Sequence record: MZ779063.1
Strand: one strand, 5' to 3'
Length of the DNA: 64,000 nt
Each line of letters begins with the position of its first letter. Within the stretch, counting starts at the first letter, position 1. Under the pieces are notes generated by a model. The model was not told the origin of the DNA and made no database searches. It saw nothing but the letters and a program-made list of their open reading frames with translations. Positions 28,891 to 37,410 of this stretch are shown piece by piece. The translations under genes were made by a program, and so were the position numbers.

Positions 28891-29554
28891 TAATAGAGAT
28901 CTTTTATCTGAATCAATTAAAAAATTATTAAATGGTAATAATATTCTTAATGAAGCTGAAGATGATGAAACTAATAATGATTCTTCAGATACTAATACAG
29001 ATGATACAAGTTCGGAAGATACTACTAATGATAATGAAGAATCTTCAGAAGAAAATTCAGAAACAGAAGAAGATAATCAAGATGATAATAATGAAGATGA
29101 TTCTAGTGCAGATGACTCTGAAAGTGATTCAGGATTAGATGATGGTTCAGAAGAGAATTCAGATGAAGACAATCCTTTAGACGATCAATCTGAAGAAGAA
29201 AATAATGAGCCTAAAGAAACTAATTCAGATAAATATCTAAAATTACAAATATTTAATAAATTAAATGATTTAATAGATGTTTCATTAAAATTTAAAGATA
29301 TTGTAAATGAAAAGAATATGGAATCATTTGATAAAAATGAAAAAGAAAAAATGAGTGAGATTACTGTCCAAACTTCAAATAACTTAGACAGTTTAATTGA
29401 TAGTATTAATTTATTTAACAATAAATTTATAAATAATATTGATGCTGATAAATGTCAAAAACTTTATACGAAGTTTGAAAGTACTTATGAAGAGATCTTC
29501 AATATTTATTTAAAAGAATACAATAAATTGAATAAAGACAAAAAAAGCAAATAG
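28880..29554 (+). CDS. Acidic low-complexity head-cluster protein (scaffold/core-like)
   Basis: In-frame ATG at 28880 (track start is GTG 28868); LLSES and ILNEA sites, a long D/E/S/N tract, helical C-terminus; directly upstream of the capsid gene. Confidence 0.65.
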   Translation: MTINNRDLLSESIKKLLNGNNILNEAEDDETNNDSSDTNTDDTSSEDTTNDNEESSEENSETEEDNQDDNNEDDSSADDSESDSGLDDGSEENSDEDNPLDDQSEEENNEPKETNSDKYLKLQIFNKLNDLIDVSLKFKDIVNEKNMESFDKNEKEKMSEITVQTSNNLDSLIDSINLFNNKFINNIDADKCQKLYTKFESTYEEIFNIYLKEYNKLNKDKKSK

Positions 29555-29603
29555 TTTTATATTTCAAATTTTATTCCGTTTTATTAATATTTATAAAATT
29601 AAT

Positions 29604-29615
29604 AACATTAACATA
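29604..29615 (+). promoter_or_regulatory. AR9-type late promoter motif for the major capsid gene
   Basis: AACA TTAACA TA, ~118 nt upstream of the capsid ATG. Confidence 0.6.
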
Positions 29616-29732
29616 TGAAAAGAAATATTTCATTACAAATAATGATTATTTTTTATAAACAAATTTATATAATAAAATTAATAAATATAAACTACACGCT
29701 AATATATTTAAGAAAAGGAGCAGAAAAAATTT

Positions 29733-31337
29733 ATGTTAAACCCAAACAGAATTAAAGATGAATTTTCGGTTCGTTTAGAAGATATCGAAAACTCTATTAA
29801 TGAATCATATAACCTTAGTACTATCGGCGGAGATTTCGCTGCTATTGCTACTGACGATGCAGTATTTGAAAGCTATAAAGATCAATTATTAGAAGGTTTT
29901 GACGCTGCTGAAGGAGAAGCTTTAGCTGGAATGTTAGATAATACTCGTGAAGAAATCTTAATGGAATCTTCAATGGGGCCTATCCAACCTTACGCTTCAC
30001 TTTCTATGCCTATTTTAGTTAAACTTTGGGCTCGTTTAGCTTTAACTGAAGCTTTACCAACTCAAGTTGCTAACAAACCAAACTTTACAGTTCCAATCTT
30101 AACTCCATATGTTGTGGATGCAGATGGTAACAAACATGCTTTACCAGAATCAATTAATAACACACCTGAAACTTTAGTTGGATTAGTTCAAATTAAAGAA
30201 GATATCGCAGTTGAAGGTGGAAAAATTACTGATTACGATTTATTTAATGGATTAAAAGAAGGTAAAGAAGTTCGTAAAGGTATTGACCGTTTAGACCGTA
30301 AATTCAAAATCGTTGAAGCTAAATGGAGTGATTCATTCGATGAACGTACTTCAGCTGCAGGATTCGTTGAATTAGGTTCTAATGTAGTTAAATTACAAGA
30401 CAATGATACATTAGTAGGACAAATTAAATATCCTACAAATGGTGATGGTGAAGTTGAAACTGACACTGTCTTAGGTAAAGTAGATGTTTCTACAGGTGAA
30501 CTTACTTTGACTTCAGCTTCAGGTAAATTAACTGATGTTAAAGTTAAAGGTTATGTAGCTTCTGAACAACATACTTCAGCTACAAACGTTGAACTTGGTT
30601 TAACTCGTAAAGACGTTGTTATTGATACAGCTCAACACATCGAAGCTACAGTACCTCTTGAAGTAATTCAAGATATGAAAGCTACTTATGATATCGATGG
30701 AGTTGCTCGTTTATCAGAAACTATGTCTCAATTATCTAGTCAAAAAGTTGACTTAGACATTATTGAATTCTTAGATCACGAATATAAAGAAACTGATGCT
30801 AAATATCACTTCAGCTTCGATGTATTCCCACATAGTGATTACAGTGCTCATCCTAAAGATTGGTTAGAAGGTCTACGTGAAGTAATTGACCACACTACTC
30901 AATCAATGAAAAACGATTACAAATTATATGACGTTCAATTCGTTATCGTTGGTAACCCATTAGACGTTCGTTTAATCCCTAACGTTTCTTGGACTTTCAA
31001 TGGTGGAGACCGTAACGCTGATGCTTATTCTAACGGAATCAAAATTAACTATTCATTAGGTGCTGCTTCAGGTACTGCTAACTACCGTATTATCGGTTCT
31101 GACTTAGTACGTCAAGGTGAATTAACTATTATTGCTATTCCTCAACAAGATAACTATAAAACATTCATGTTCTACCCTTACACATTCAATGTTGTAAATG
31201 GTGGAGGTTACCTAAATACTCGTAACCCTAATGTTCCTAACATGATGATGACTCGTAGATATACAGTTGAATCATTTGTTCCGATCATTGGACGTATTAC
31301 AATCAAAAACAACAACGGTTCAGTATACGCTCGATAA
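29733..31337 (+). CDS. Major capsid protein precursor
   Basis: 534 aa; T4 gp23-like N-terminus (ILMES^SMGPIQPYASLSMPIL); high-expression codon bias (CGT, TTC, AAC, ATC); strong SD and its own terminator. Confidence 0.85.
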   Translation: MLNPNRIKDEFSVRLEDIENSINESYNLSTIGGDFAAIATDDAVFESYKDQLLEGFDAAEGEALAGMLDNTREEILMESSMGPIQPYASLSMPILVKLWARLALTEALPTQVANKPNFTVPILTPYVVDADGNKHALPESINNTPETLVGLVQIKEDIAVEGGKITDYDLFNGLKEGKEVRKGIDRLDRKFKIVEAKWSDSFDERTSAAGFVELGSNVVKLQDNDTLVGQIKYPTNGDGEVETDTVLGKVDVSTGELTLTSASGKLTDVKVKGYVASEQHTSATNVELGLTRKDVVIDTAQHIEATVPLEVIQDMKATYDIDGVARLSETMSQLSSQKVDLDIIEFLDHEYKETDAKYHFSFDVFPHSDYSAHPKDWLEGLREVIDHTTQSMKNDYKLYDVQFVIVGNPLDVRLIPNVSWTFNGGDRNADAYSNGIKINYSLGAASGTANYRIIGSDLVRQGELTIIAIPQQDNYKTFMFYPYTFNVVNGGGYLNTRNPNVPNMMMTRRYTVESFVPIIGRITIKNNNGSVYAR

Positions 31338-31367
31338 GAGTAGTACTTTATCATTGCTATTTATATT

Positions 31368-31396
31368 ACCCATACATCTCTCTGAGGTGTATGGGT
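31368..31396 (+). terminator. Terminator after the capsid gene
   Basis: 13-bp stem ACCCATACATCTC / GAGGTGTATGGGT (one G-U) then TTATTTT. Confidence 0.8.
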
Positions 31397-31430
31397 TTAT
31401 TTTATATCAAAAAGGAGAATATAATTCATT

Positions 31431-32585
31431 ATGAATTTACAAGAAGAACAACAATTAAATAAAATTAATAAAATAATGAATATCAATGAAGATGCTTTTA
31501 ATTTTAGTAAAAATACTTCATTATTGAGAGAAATAGATGAAGAATTTAAAACATTATTAGATAGTTATAATTATGATAAATCTGATTTTGATTTAATTGA
31601 TAAACATGAAATAAATAAAATATCTACTAATATTTCTAAAATCACTAAGAAGCTATTTAATACTAATATGAAATTAAAATTTGTTGAAGCTGATCCTAAA
31701 GGAAAAGATAAATTTAGAGTTGAATCAATTGCAAGTACAATTATAAAACCAGAACAAATTAGAAATACATTAGATGGAATTTCTAAAATAGTTATAGAAG
31801 AAAAGAATGGAATATATTATTCTAAACCTAGAGAAATTGAAGTTTTTATGGAGTTATCATCTTTAAGATACTTTTTAGAAATGAAAAAGAATTCTAAGAA
31901 GGTATCTTTTTCTAATTTTAATGAAAGAGTTTGTACTTCAATATTATTACATGAAATAGGACATAATTTATTTTTACCTATTGAAATTAAAGTAATAACT
32001 CAAGGTAAAGAACCTGCTTTTGAGCTTAAATATAAAGACAATAAACCGGTACAATTTCAATATACTAAAGATATAGAAGCGGACACTGATAGAAATTTAA
32101 AATTAGCTGGTCCTATGATAATTTCTATGACACTAATGGTTGCTATTTTAACTTCATTAACAGGTGTAGCTGCTATAACTGGAATTGCTTCTATTTTTTC
32201 TTTCTTTAAATTAGGATCAATGGATAATAAAAGAGTAGAAAAAATGAATTATAATCTATCTGAAAGATCTGCTAATCAATTACCTGCTTTATATGGATAT
32301 GCAAAAGAGAATATAATGCTTTACGATATGGTTTATGCTGCAACTAATAGTAAAATGGAAAAAACTAAAAATAATATTTTCAGTAAAATATTTAGAGGAT
32401 TAATGTATCCTGGTAGATTATTTATTAGAAATTATAAAGACTATTCATCAGATTCCATTGATAATACTATTAAGACTCTTAAATTTGAAATAAGTAACCC
32501 TAATAATAGTAAAGAAGTTAAAGAAAGTTTAAAACAACAACTTTCTGATATTCAAACTTTGATGAAGAAATCAGATAGAATGTAG
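31431..32585 (+). CDS. Zincin-like (HExxH) protein with hydrophobic hairpin, probable head-associated
   Basis: ILLHEIGH motif, downstream LSERSAN...YGY and a transmembrane-like segment. Confidence 0.6.
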   Translation: MNLQEEQQLNKINKIMNINEDAFNFSKNTSLLREIDEEFKTLLDSYNYDKSDFDLIDKHEINKISTNISKITKKLFNTNMKLKFVEADPKGKDKFRVESIASTIIKPEQIRNTLDGISKIVIEEKNGIYYSKPREIEVFMELSSLRYFLEMKKNSKKVSFSNFNERVCTSILLHEIGHNLFLPIEIKVITQGKEPAFELKYKDNKPVQFQYTKDIEADTDRNLKLAGPMIISMTLMVAILTSLTGVAAITGIASIFSFFKLGSMDNKRVEKMNYNLSERSANQLPALYGYAKENIMLYDMVYAATNSKMEKTKNNIFSKIFRGLMYPGRLFIRNYKDYSSDSIDNTIKTLKFEISNPNNSKEVKESLKQQLSDIQTLMKKSDRM

Positions 32586-32610
32586 ATAAGAAAAGTGAGT
32601 TGAAATAAAT

Positions 32611-34644
32611 ATGACTACTAAACCAAAATTAAAGAAAAAAGTGTATTACGATTATAAAACTAATAATGTTAGTTTTTTAAGAGTAGCTAGAGATCTTAAG
32701 AAGAACAACGTTAGAAATTATGGTATTCCATTAACTTTATATGATAAAAATCTTGTGGGAGTAGATCCTTGGGATCCTGAACTTTCTGATGAAATGAAAA
32801 CTCGTGTGTTAAGAGAAGCTAAAATTAATATATGGTTTTATCTAAGGGAAGTTATAAGAGTTCCTGTTCCTGGTGGTAAGGTTATGTATGAACTTCATAG
32901 AGGTAATATGGCTATGACTTTTTGTATGCTACATAACCTCGATACAGCTATAATGCTTCCACGTCAGCACTATAAAACATATTCAGCTGTATGTTATTAT
33001 TCATGGATAATGTTATTAGTAGGTAGTAACTATACAATGCTATTTACACATAAATCATATTCAGATACAACGGAAAACTTAAAACGTCTTAAAAACTTAT
33101 TTAAAGAGAAGTGTTTACCTGAATATGTATTAGCTAACTTTGGTGATAAAAATGATAGAGATAAGATTAATGAGTTTCAATTAGCTAGTAATAATAATAC
33201 CATTAAAACAGTTTCACCACCAACCAATGCTGAATCTGCAAACAAGGCAGGAAGAGGTAGTACCGTTCCAATGGTTTGGCTAGATGAGTGGGCTTTCATT
33301 CCACATAATCAAACAATGTTTGAAGCAATGAGACCAGCAGTCTCTACAGCATCAGCTATAGCTAAAAAGAACGGTACACCTTATGGTCTTCTTATCACCA
33401 CAACACCGAGTACTTTAGATGTACCTCAAGGACAGTTTTTCTTTGAACAAATGAATGATGCGGCTCAATGGACAGAAAAAATATATGATTATTACATTAA
33501 TTCTGAAGAAGAAGGTAACGAAAAATTAGAAGAATATATGGAAAGTAATTCAGGTAATTCATTCATCTATATAGAATATTCATATAAAGAATTAGGTAAA
33601 GATGACACTTGGTTAGAAAAGCAAAAACGTCAAATTGGTTCTTTAGAAGCAGTTAAACGTGAAATACTTCTTGAATGGGCATTTAGTAACGATGATTCAT
33701 TATTTGATGAAGAACAAATGTCAGAATTATCATTATATGCAAATAAAGAGATATATAATACTATTGATTTTAAAATAAATGGTAAAACTTATTATGTTCA
33801 TATGATTAAAAAGATGGAAAATATGCATGAAAAGAACTGGCTTGTTGGTATTGACATATCTGGCGGTCTTGGTCGAGATAATACTGCATTTACTGTAGTT
33901 GATCCGGGTACATTAGAACCAGTAATGGTCTTCCAAAATAATATAATTAATGGTCCTACTTTCAGAAAATTAATTAAAGAACTTATTACACTTTATATAC
34001 CTAATGCAGTATTAATACCTGAACGTAACTATGCTGGTACAGTAATGATAGAAGATATGATTCAAACTGATAATATTGGAGATAATATTTTTTATTCATT
34101 AAAGAATAGAACAGCAGAAAAACAAGTTGAAGTTAATAAACAAGTATTTAATGAAATGCCTAGACATAGCACTAATAAAGTTACTAAACAAGTAAGAAGA
34201 TATGGTATCGATACAACTAAAAAATCTCGTGACTTAATGCTTAATGAAATTTTATCAATGATAGTTGAAGAAAAGCCTTATCTGGTTAATAATAAACCAT
34301 TATTCCAACAAATAAAATCTCTTCAAATGAAAAAAGGTAGAATTGATCATCCTGATGGCGGTCATGATGACTTACTTATGAGTTATTTATTCTGCTTATA
34401 CGCATACTATTATGAAAAAGATATTAAGAAATTTGTTAAAGTTAAATACGGTTCAATAGTATCTCCAACTGGAGAAAATGCGGAAGAGATTGAAAAAGAA
34501 AGACAAGCTAGAAGAAAAGATATTGCATCCATAAAACGTATTGGTGGAATTATTGATGGTAATTCTCCTAGCAATCCTCTATTACAGAATAATAATTCCG
34601 CTCCAAATCAAAAATCAAAAAGAATAATGAATTTATTGGATTGA
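32611..34644 (+). CDS. terL: Terminase large subunit
   Basis: PRQHYKT (Walker A variant), WLDEWAF (Walker B), GIDISGG..D and HDD nuclease motifs. Confidence 0.9.
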   Translation: MTTKPKLKKKVYYDYKTNNVSFLRVARDLKKNNVRNYGIPLTLYDKNLVGVDPWDPELSDEMKTRVLREAKINIWFYLREVIRVPVPGGKVMYELHRGNMAMTFCMLHNLDTAIMLPRQHYKTYSAVCYYSWIMLLVGSNYTMLFTHKSYSDTTENLKRLKNLFKEKCLPEYVLANFGDKNDRDKINEFQLASNNNTIKTVSPPTNAESANKAGRGSTVPMVWLDEWAFIPHNQTMFEAMRPAVSTASAIAKKNGTPYGLLITTTPSTLDVPQGQFFFEQMNDAAQWTEKIYDYYINSEEEGNEKLEEYMESNSGNSFIYIEYSYKELGKDDTWLEKQKRQIGSLEAVKREILLEWAFSNDDSLFDEEQMSELSLYANKEIYNTIDFKINGKTYYVHMIKKMENMHEKNWLVGIDISGGLGRDNTAFTVVDPGTLEPVMVFQNNIINGPTFRKLIKELITLYIPNAVLIPERNYAGTVMIEDMIQTDNIGDNIFYSLKNRTAEKQVEVNKQVFNEMPRHSTNKVTKQVRRYGIDTTKKSRDLMLNEILSMIVEEKPYLVNNKPLFQQIKSLQMKKGRIDHPDGGHDDLLMSYLFCLYAYYYEKDIKKFVKVKYGSIVSPTGENAEEIEKERQARRKDIASIKRIGGIIDGNSPSNPLLQNNNSAPNQKSKRIMNLLD

Positions 34645-34651
34645 TTACAAT

Positions 34652-34685
34652 AAAGGTAATGGCATAATAATTTGTCATTACCTTT
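34652..34685 (+). terminator. Intrinsic terminator
   Basis: 13-bp stem AAAGGTAATGGCA / TGTCATTACCTTT (one G-U) then a T tract. Confidence 0.8.
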
Positions 34686-34822
34686 TTATTATCACAAATT
34701 TTTATTATTCCATCTTAACTAATTTGTATAATAGAATTTCAAGAATAATTTTAAATTAGAATTTTTTCTAAATTTAATAGAATAATATAATATATAATAA
34801 TAAAACGGATGGTGAAAATAAA

Positions 34823-35614
34823 TTGGCAAAAACATATTTAATTGACGATAAAGATGATTTAGAAATGGTAAAAGAAGAATATGATGAAGTCATTATGAAT
34901 ATATCTGAAGACATTATGATTGATAATATTAAAGAACAAATTGAAGATTCAAATTCAAGACAGTTCTATATTAATCAATATCATAAAGATTTCTTTGAAT
35001 ACTTTGAAATTAGATTTAAATTTATTTTAGAAAGATATAAAGAAGATAATGATATCTTAATTAAAACTAAACAAGTTTATCATGATATTCTTAATGAAAT
35101 TCAAGAATCTATTGAAAATACTTATCAATTTTCTTTAGAATTTCCAGAAGATATTTTAATTGAAGATAAAGCTCAATACATTAAATCATTGTATAATTTC
35201 TTTGTATTAAATAAAAAAGAAACTTTAAATAATTTATTTATTAACTATATTGAGAAGAATATAATGCAATTAGCTAAAACTTATAAAGATAGTATGGATG
35301 AAGATGTTATTAACTCTCTTTCATATAATAACTTAAAGAAAACTATTGATAATGATTATACACCTTTAGTATATTCTATTCCTGAAATTATTGATGGTAT
35401 TCATATTTCTGATAATGAAGATGTAATAGAGACTATTATCTATGATGAAGAATCTGAATTAAATAACTATCAAATTGATAAAATGTTAGTAGAACAATCT
35501 GTAACAGATGTTAGATTTGATAATCATTTAATTAATGTATTTAGAGATTCTTTTATAGAGAATAATGTATTACATCGAGAAGTTCAATACTATTTTATAG
35601 ATAAGTATAAATAA
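34823..35614 (+). CDS. Hypothetical protein
   Basis: 263-aa ORF, TTG start, SD GGATGGTG. Confidence 0.75.
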   Translation: MAKTYLIDDKDDLEMVKEEYDEVIMNISEDIMIDNIKEQIEDSNSRQFYINQYHKDFFEYFEIRFKFILERYKEDNDILIKTKQVYHDILNEIQESIENTYQFSLEFPEDILIEDKAQYIKSLYNFFVLNKKETLNNLFINYIEKNIMQLAKTYKDSMDEDVINSLSYNNLKKTIDNDYTPLVYSIPEIIDGIHISDNEDVIETIIYDEESELNNYQIDKMLVEQSVTDVRFDNHLINVFRDSFIENNVLHREVQYYFIDKYK

Positions 35615-35638
35615 TAACATATAAGGAGAAAAGCTAAA

Positions 35639-36385
35639 ATGACTGAAGATAAGAGCAAAGAATTAGATTTAGAAAAATTAGAACAAGATATAGAACAAGC
35701 TAATGATGAATTTGAAAAAGAAAATGAAAAGATTGAGAAAGAGTTAGAAGAAACAAAAGAGGGAATTAATAAAGAAATAGCTTCTTATTATGGTAAAGAT
35801 AGTATTAGTCTTAATGACACTATTTCAGTAGATGCTAAGGTTAATAGATACCAAGAAAAATTAGACTTTATTAATGGAGATTTAAGTTTTGATAGTGAAG
35901 ATGATATTCCTGAAAGACTTAAACCTTTTAAAAATATGGAAATAAAAGATACTAAACAAATTGAAAATATTATTCAACAAATTAAAGACAGTAAAGAGGC
36001 TAAACATCTTGTAGAAAATATTACTATTAGTAAATTACCTGTTAATGATAATAAACTTAAAAAAGTAAATGAAAAATTAAATATGAAAATTTACAGATAT
36101 AATAAGTTACATGGTAATGAAAATAATGAATATAATTACATTGATTTAGAAGATATTCATAATACTCTAAAAAATGCTTTAGACAACGATAGTTTCAAAG
36201 AATCAAATACATTATACAAATTTATGTGTGCATTAGGTTCATACATGTCGCAAAATTATGAAAAATATCCTTACTATATAAAATCTCTTTCTGAAAATGT
36301 TGACTACATTGGAAAATTCGGTAATAAATTAGATCAGAACGAAGACTTTATCAAAGTAATAAATAGTATTCTTAAGAAATACTAA
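35639..36385 (+). CDS. Hypothetical protein with N-terminal coiled coil
   Basis: 248-aa ORF, SD AAGGAG. Confidence 0.75.
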   Translation: MTEDKSKELDLEKLEQDIEQANDEFEKENEKIEKELEETKEGINKEIASYYGKDSISLNDTISVDAKVNRYQEKLDFINGDLSFDSEDDIPERLKPFKNMEIKDTKQIENIIQQIKDSKEAKHLVENITISKLPVNDNKLKKVNEKLNMKIYRYNKLHGNENNEYNYIDLEDIHNTLKNALDNDSFKESNTLYKFMCALGSYMSQNYEKYPYYIKSLSENVDYIGKFGNKLDQNEDFIKVINSILKKY

Positions 36386-36427
36386 AATATATTATTAAAA
36401 ATTATAAGAAAGAGGTTTGATTAAAAG

Positions 36428-36667
36428 ATGGAACAAATTAAATTTTATACTAAGAATAACTGTGCTAAATGTGGTTTCAGTAAAATGTTTTTAAATAATA
36501 AAGGTGTTGCTTACACTGAAATCAATATTGATGAAGATGAAAGTGCTAAAGAAGAACTTTTATCTAAAGGATACCAATCATTACCTGTAATTGATTTTGG
36601 AACAGATGTAATCGTTGGTAATGATCCTGCTAAATTAAATCAAATTTTATCTACAGTTACTGCTTAA
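36428..36667 (+). CDS. nrdH: NrdH-redoxin
   Basis: YTKNNCAKC (CxxC) and GYQSLPVI; at the head of the nrd cluster. Confidence 0.9.
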   Translation: MEQIKFYTKNNCAKCGFSKMFLNNKGVAYTEINIDEDESAKEELLSKGYQSLPVIDFGTDVIVGNDPAKLNQILSTVTA

Positions 36668-36691
36668 TTAAATATAAAGGAGATTATAATT

Positions 36692-36892
36692 ATGCAAACT
36701 ATTTTTAATAGTCCAGAAGAAGTAGATTTTAAAAAATTAGCTGAGAAAGCTAGAAATAATGATAATGAATTAAATACAAAAGCTGTTCATGAAGGAGAAT
36801 ACAATTACAATTTCAGTATTGAAGGTTGGAATTACTCATTCAGTTCAGATGGAACTTATTGGAAATGGAATTATCAACAAGTTAATCAATAA
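36692..36892 (+). CDS. Small hypothetical protein
   Basis: SD AAGGAG, 66 aa, aromatic-rich C-terminus. Confidence 0.7.
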   Translation: MQTIFNSPEEVDFKKLAEKARNNDNELNTKAVHEGEYNYNFSIEGWNYSFSSDGTYWKWNYQQVNQ

Positions 36893-36910
36893 TAATGATT
36901 AATAAAAAAC

Positions 36911-36941
36911 GATCTATCACAGAGATAATCTGTGATGGATC
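36911..36941 (+). terminator. Terminator between nrdH and nrdI
   Basis: 13-bp stem GATCTATCACAGA / TCTGTGATGGATC (one U-G) then TATTTTT. Confidence 0.75.
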
Positions 36942-36979
36942 TATTTTTAACGAAAAATTTTATATTTGGAGAGATTTAA

Positions 36980-37384
36980 ATGAAATTACTTTATTTCTCA
37001 TTAACAGGAAATAGTAAAAAATTTGCTGAGAAATTAGATAGCTCTATAGTAGGAGAACCTATTGAACTTAATAGAGATAATTGTGATGATATTAAAATGG
37101 ATGAAGAGTATGTATTAGTATGTGGATCTTACAATACTCCTCACGCTATTTACAATCATGTAGAAAAATTCTTTAATAATGGTAATAATTTAGAATTATG
37201 TAAAGGTATAATTGGCTCAGGAAATAGAAACCTAAATTATCAATTCTTAACTACACCTAAAAGATTATGTAGTGATTTTAATTTAGAATTGATTGCAGGA
37301 GTAGAATTGTTTGGAATTAAAAATGAACATTTAGAAGTAAATAAAAAATTAGAAGAGTTATCTAACTCTAGTATTATAAATTAA
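36980..37384 (+). CDS. nrdI: Class Ib RNR flavodoxin NrdI
   Basis: YFSLTGNSKKF and GIIGSGNRN motifs. Confidence 0.9.
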   Translation: MKLLYFSLTGNSKKFAEKLDSSIVGEPIELNRDNCDDIKMDEEYVLVCGSYNTPHAIYNHVEKFFNNGNNLELCKGIIGSGNRNLNYQFLTTPKRLCSDFNLELIAGVELFGIKNEHLEVNKKLEELSNSSIIN

Positions 37385-37410
37385 TATATTGTAAGGAGAC
37401 TTTTAATAAA

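Noticed and set aside
36386-36395. ATATATTAT-like motif upstream of nrdH, 19635, 20370 and HU as a possible early promoter
   Set aside because: Plausible, but an all-A/T 9-mer is expected many times at this composition; it cannot be supported without start-site data.
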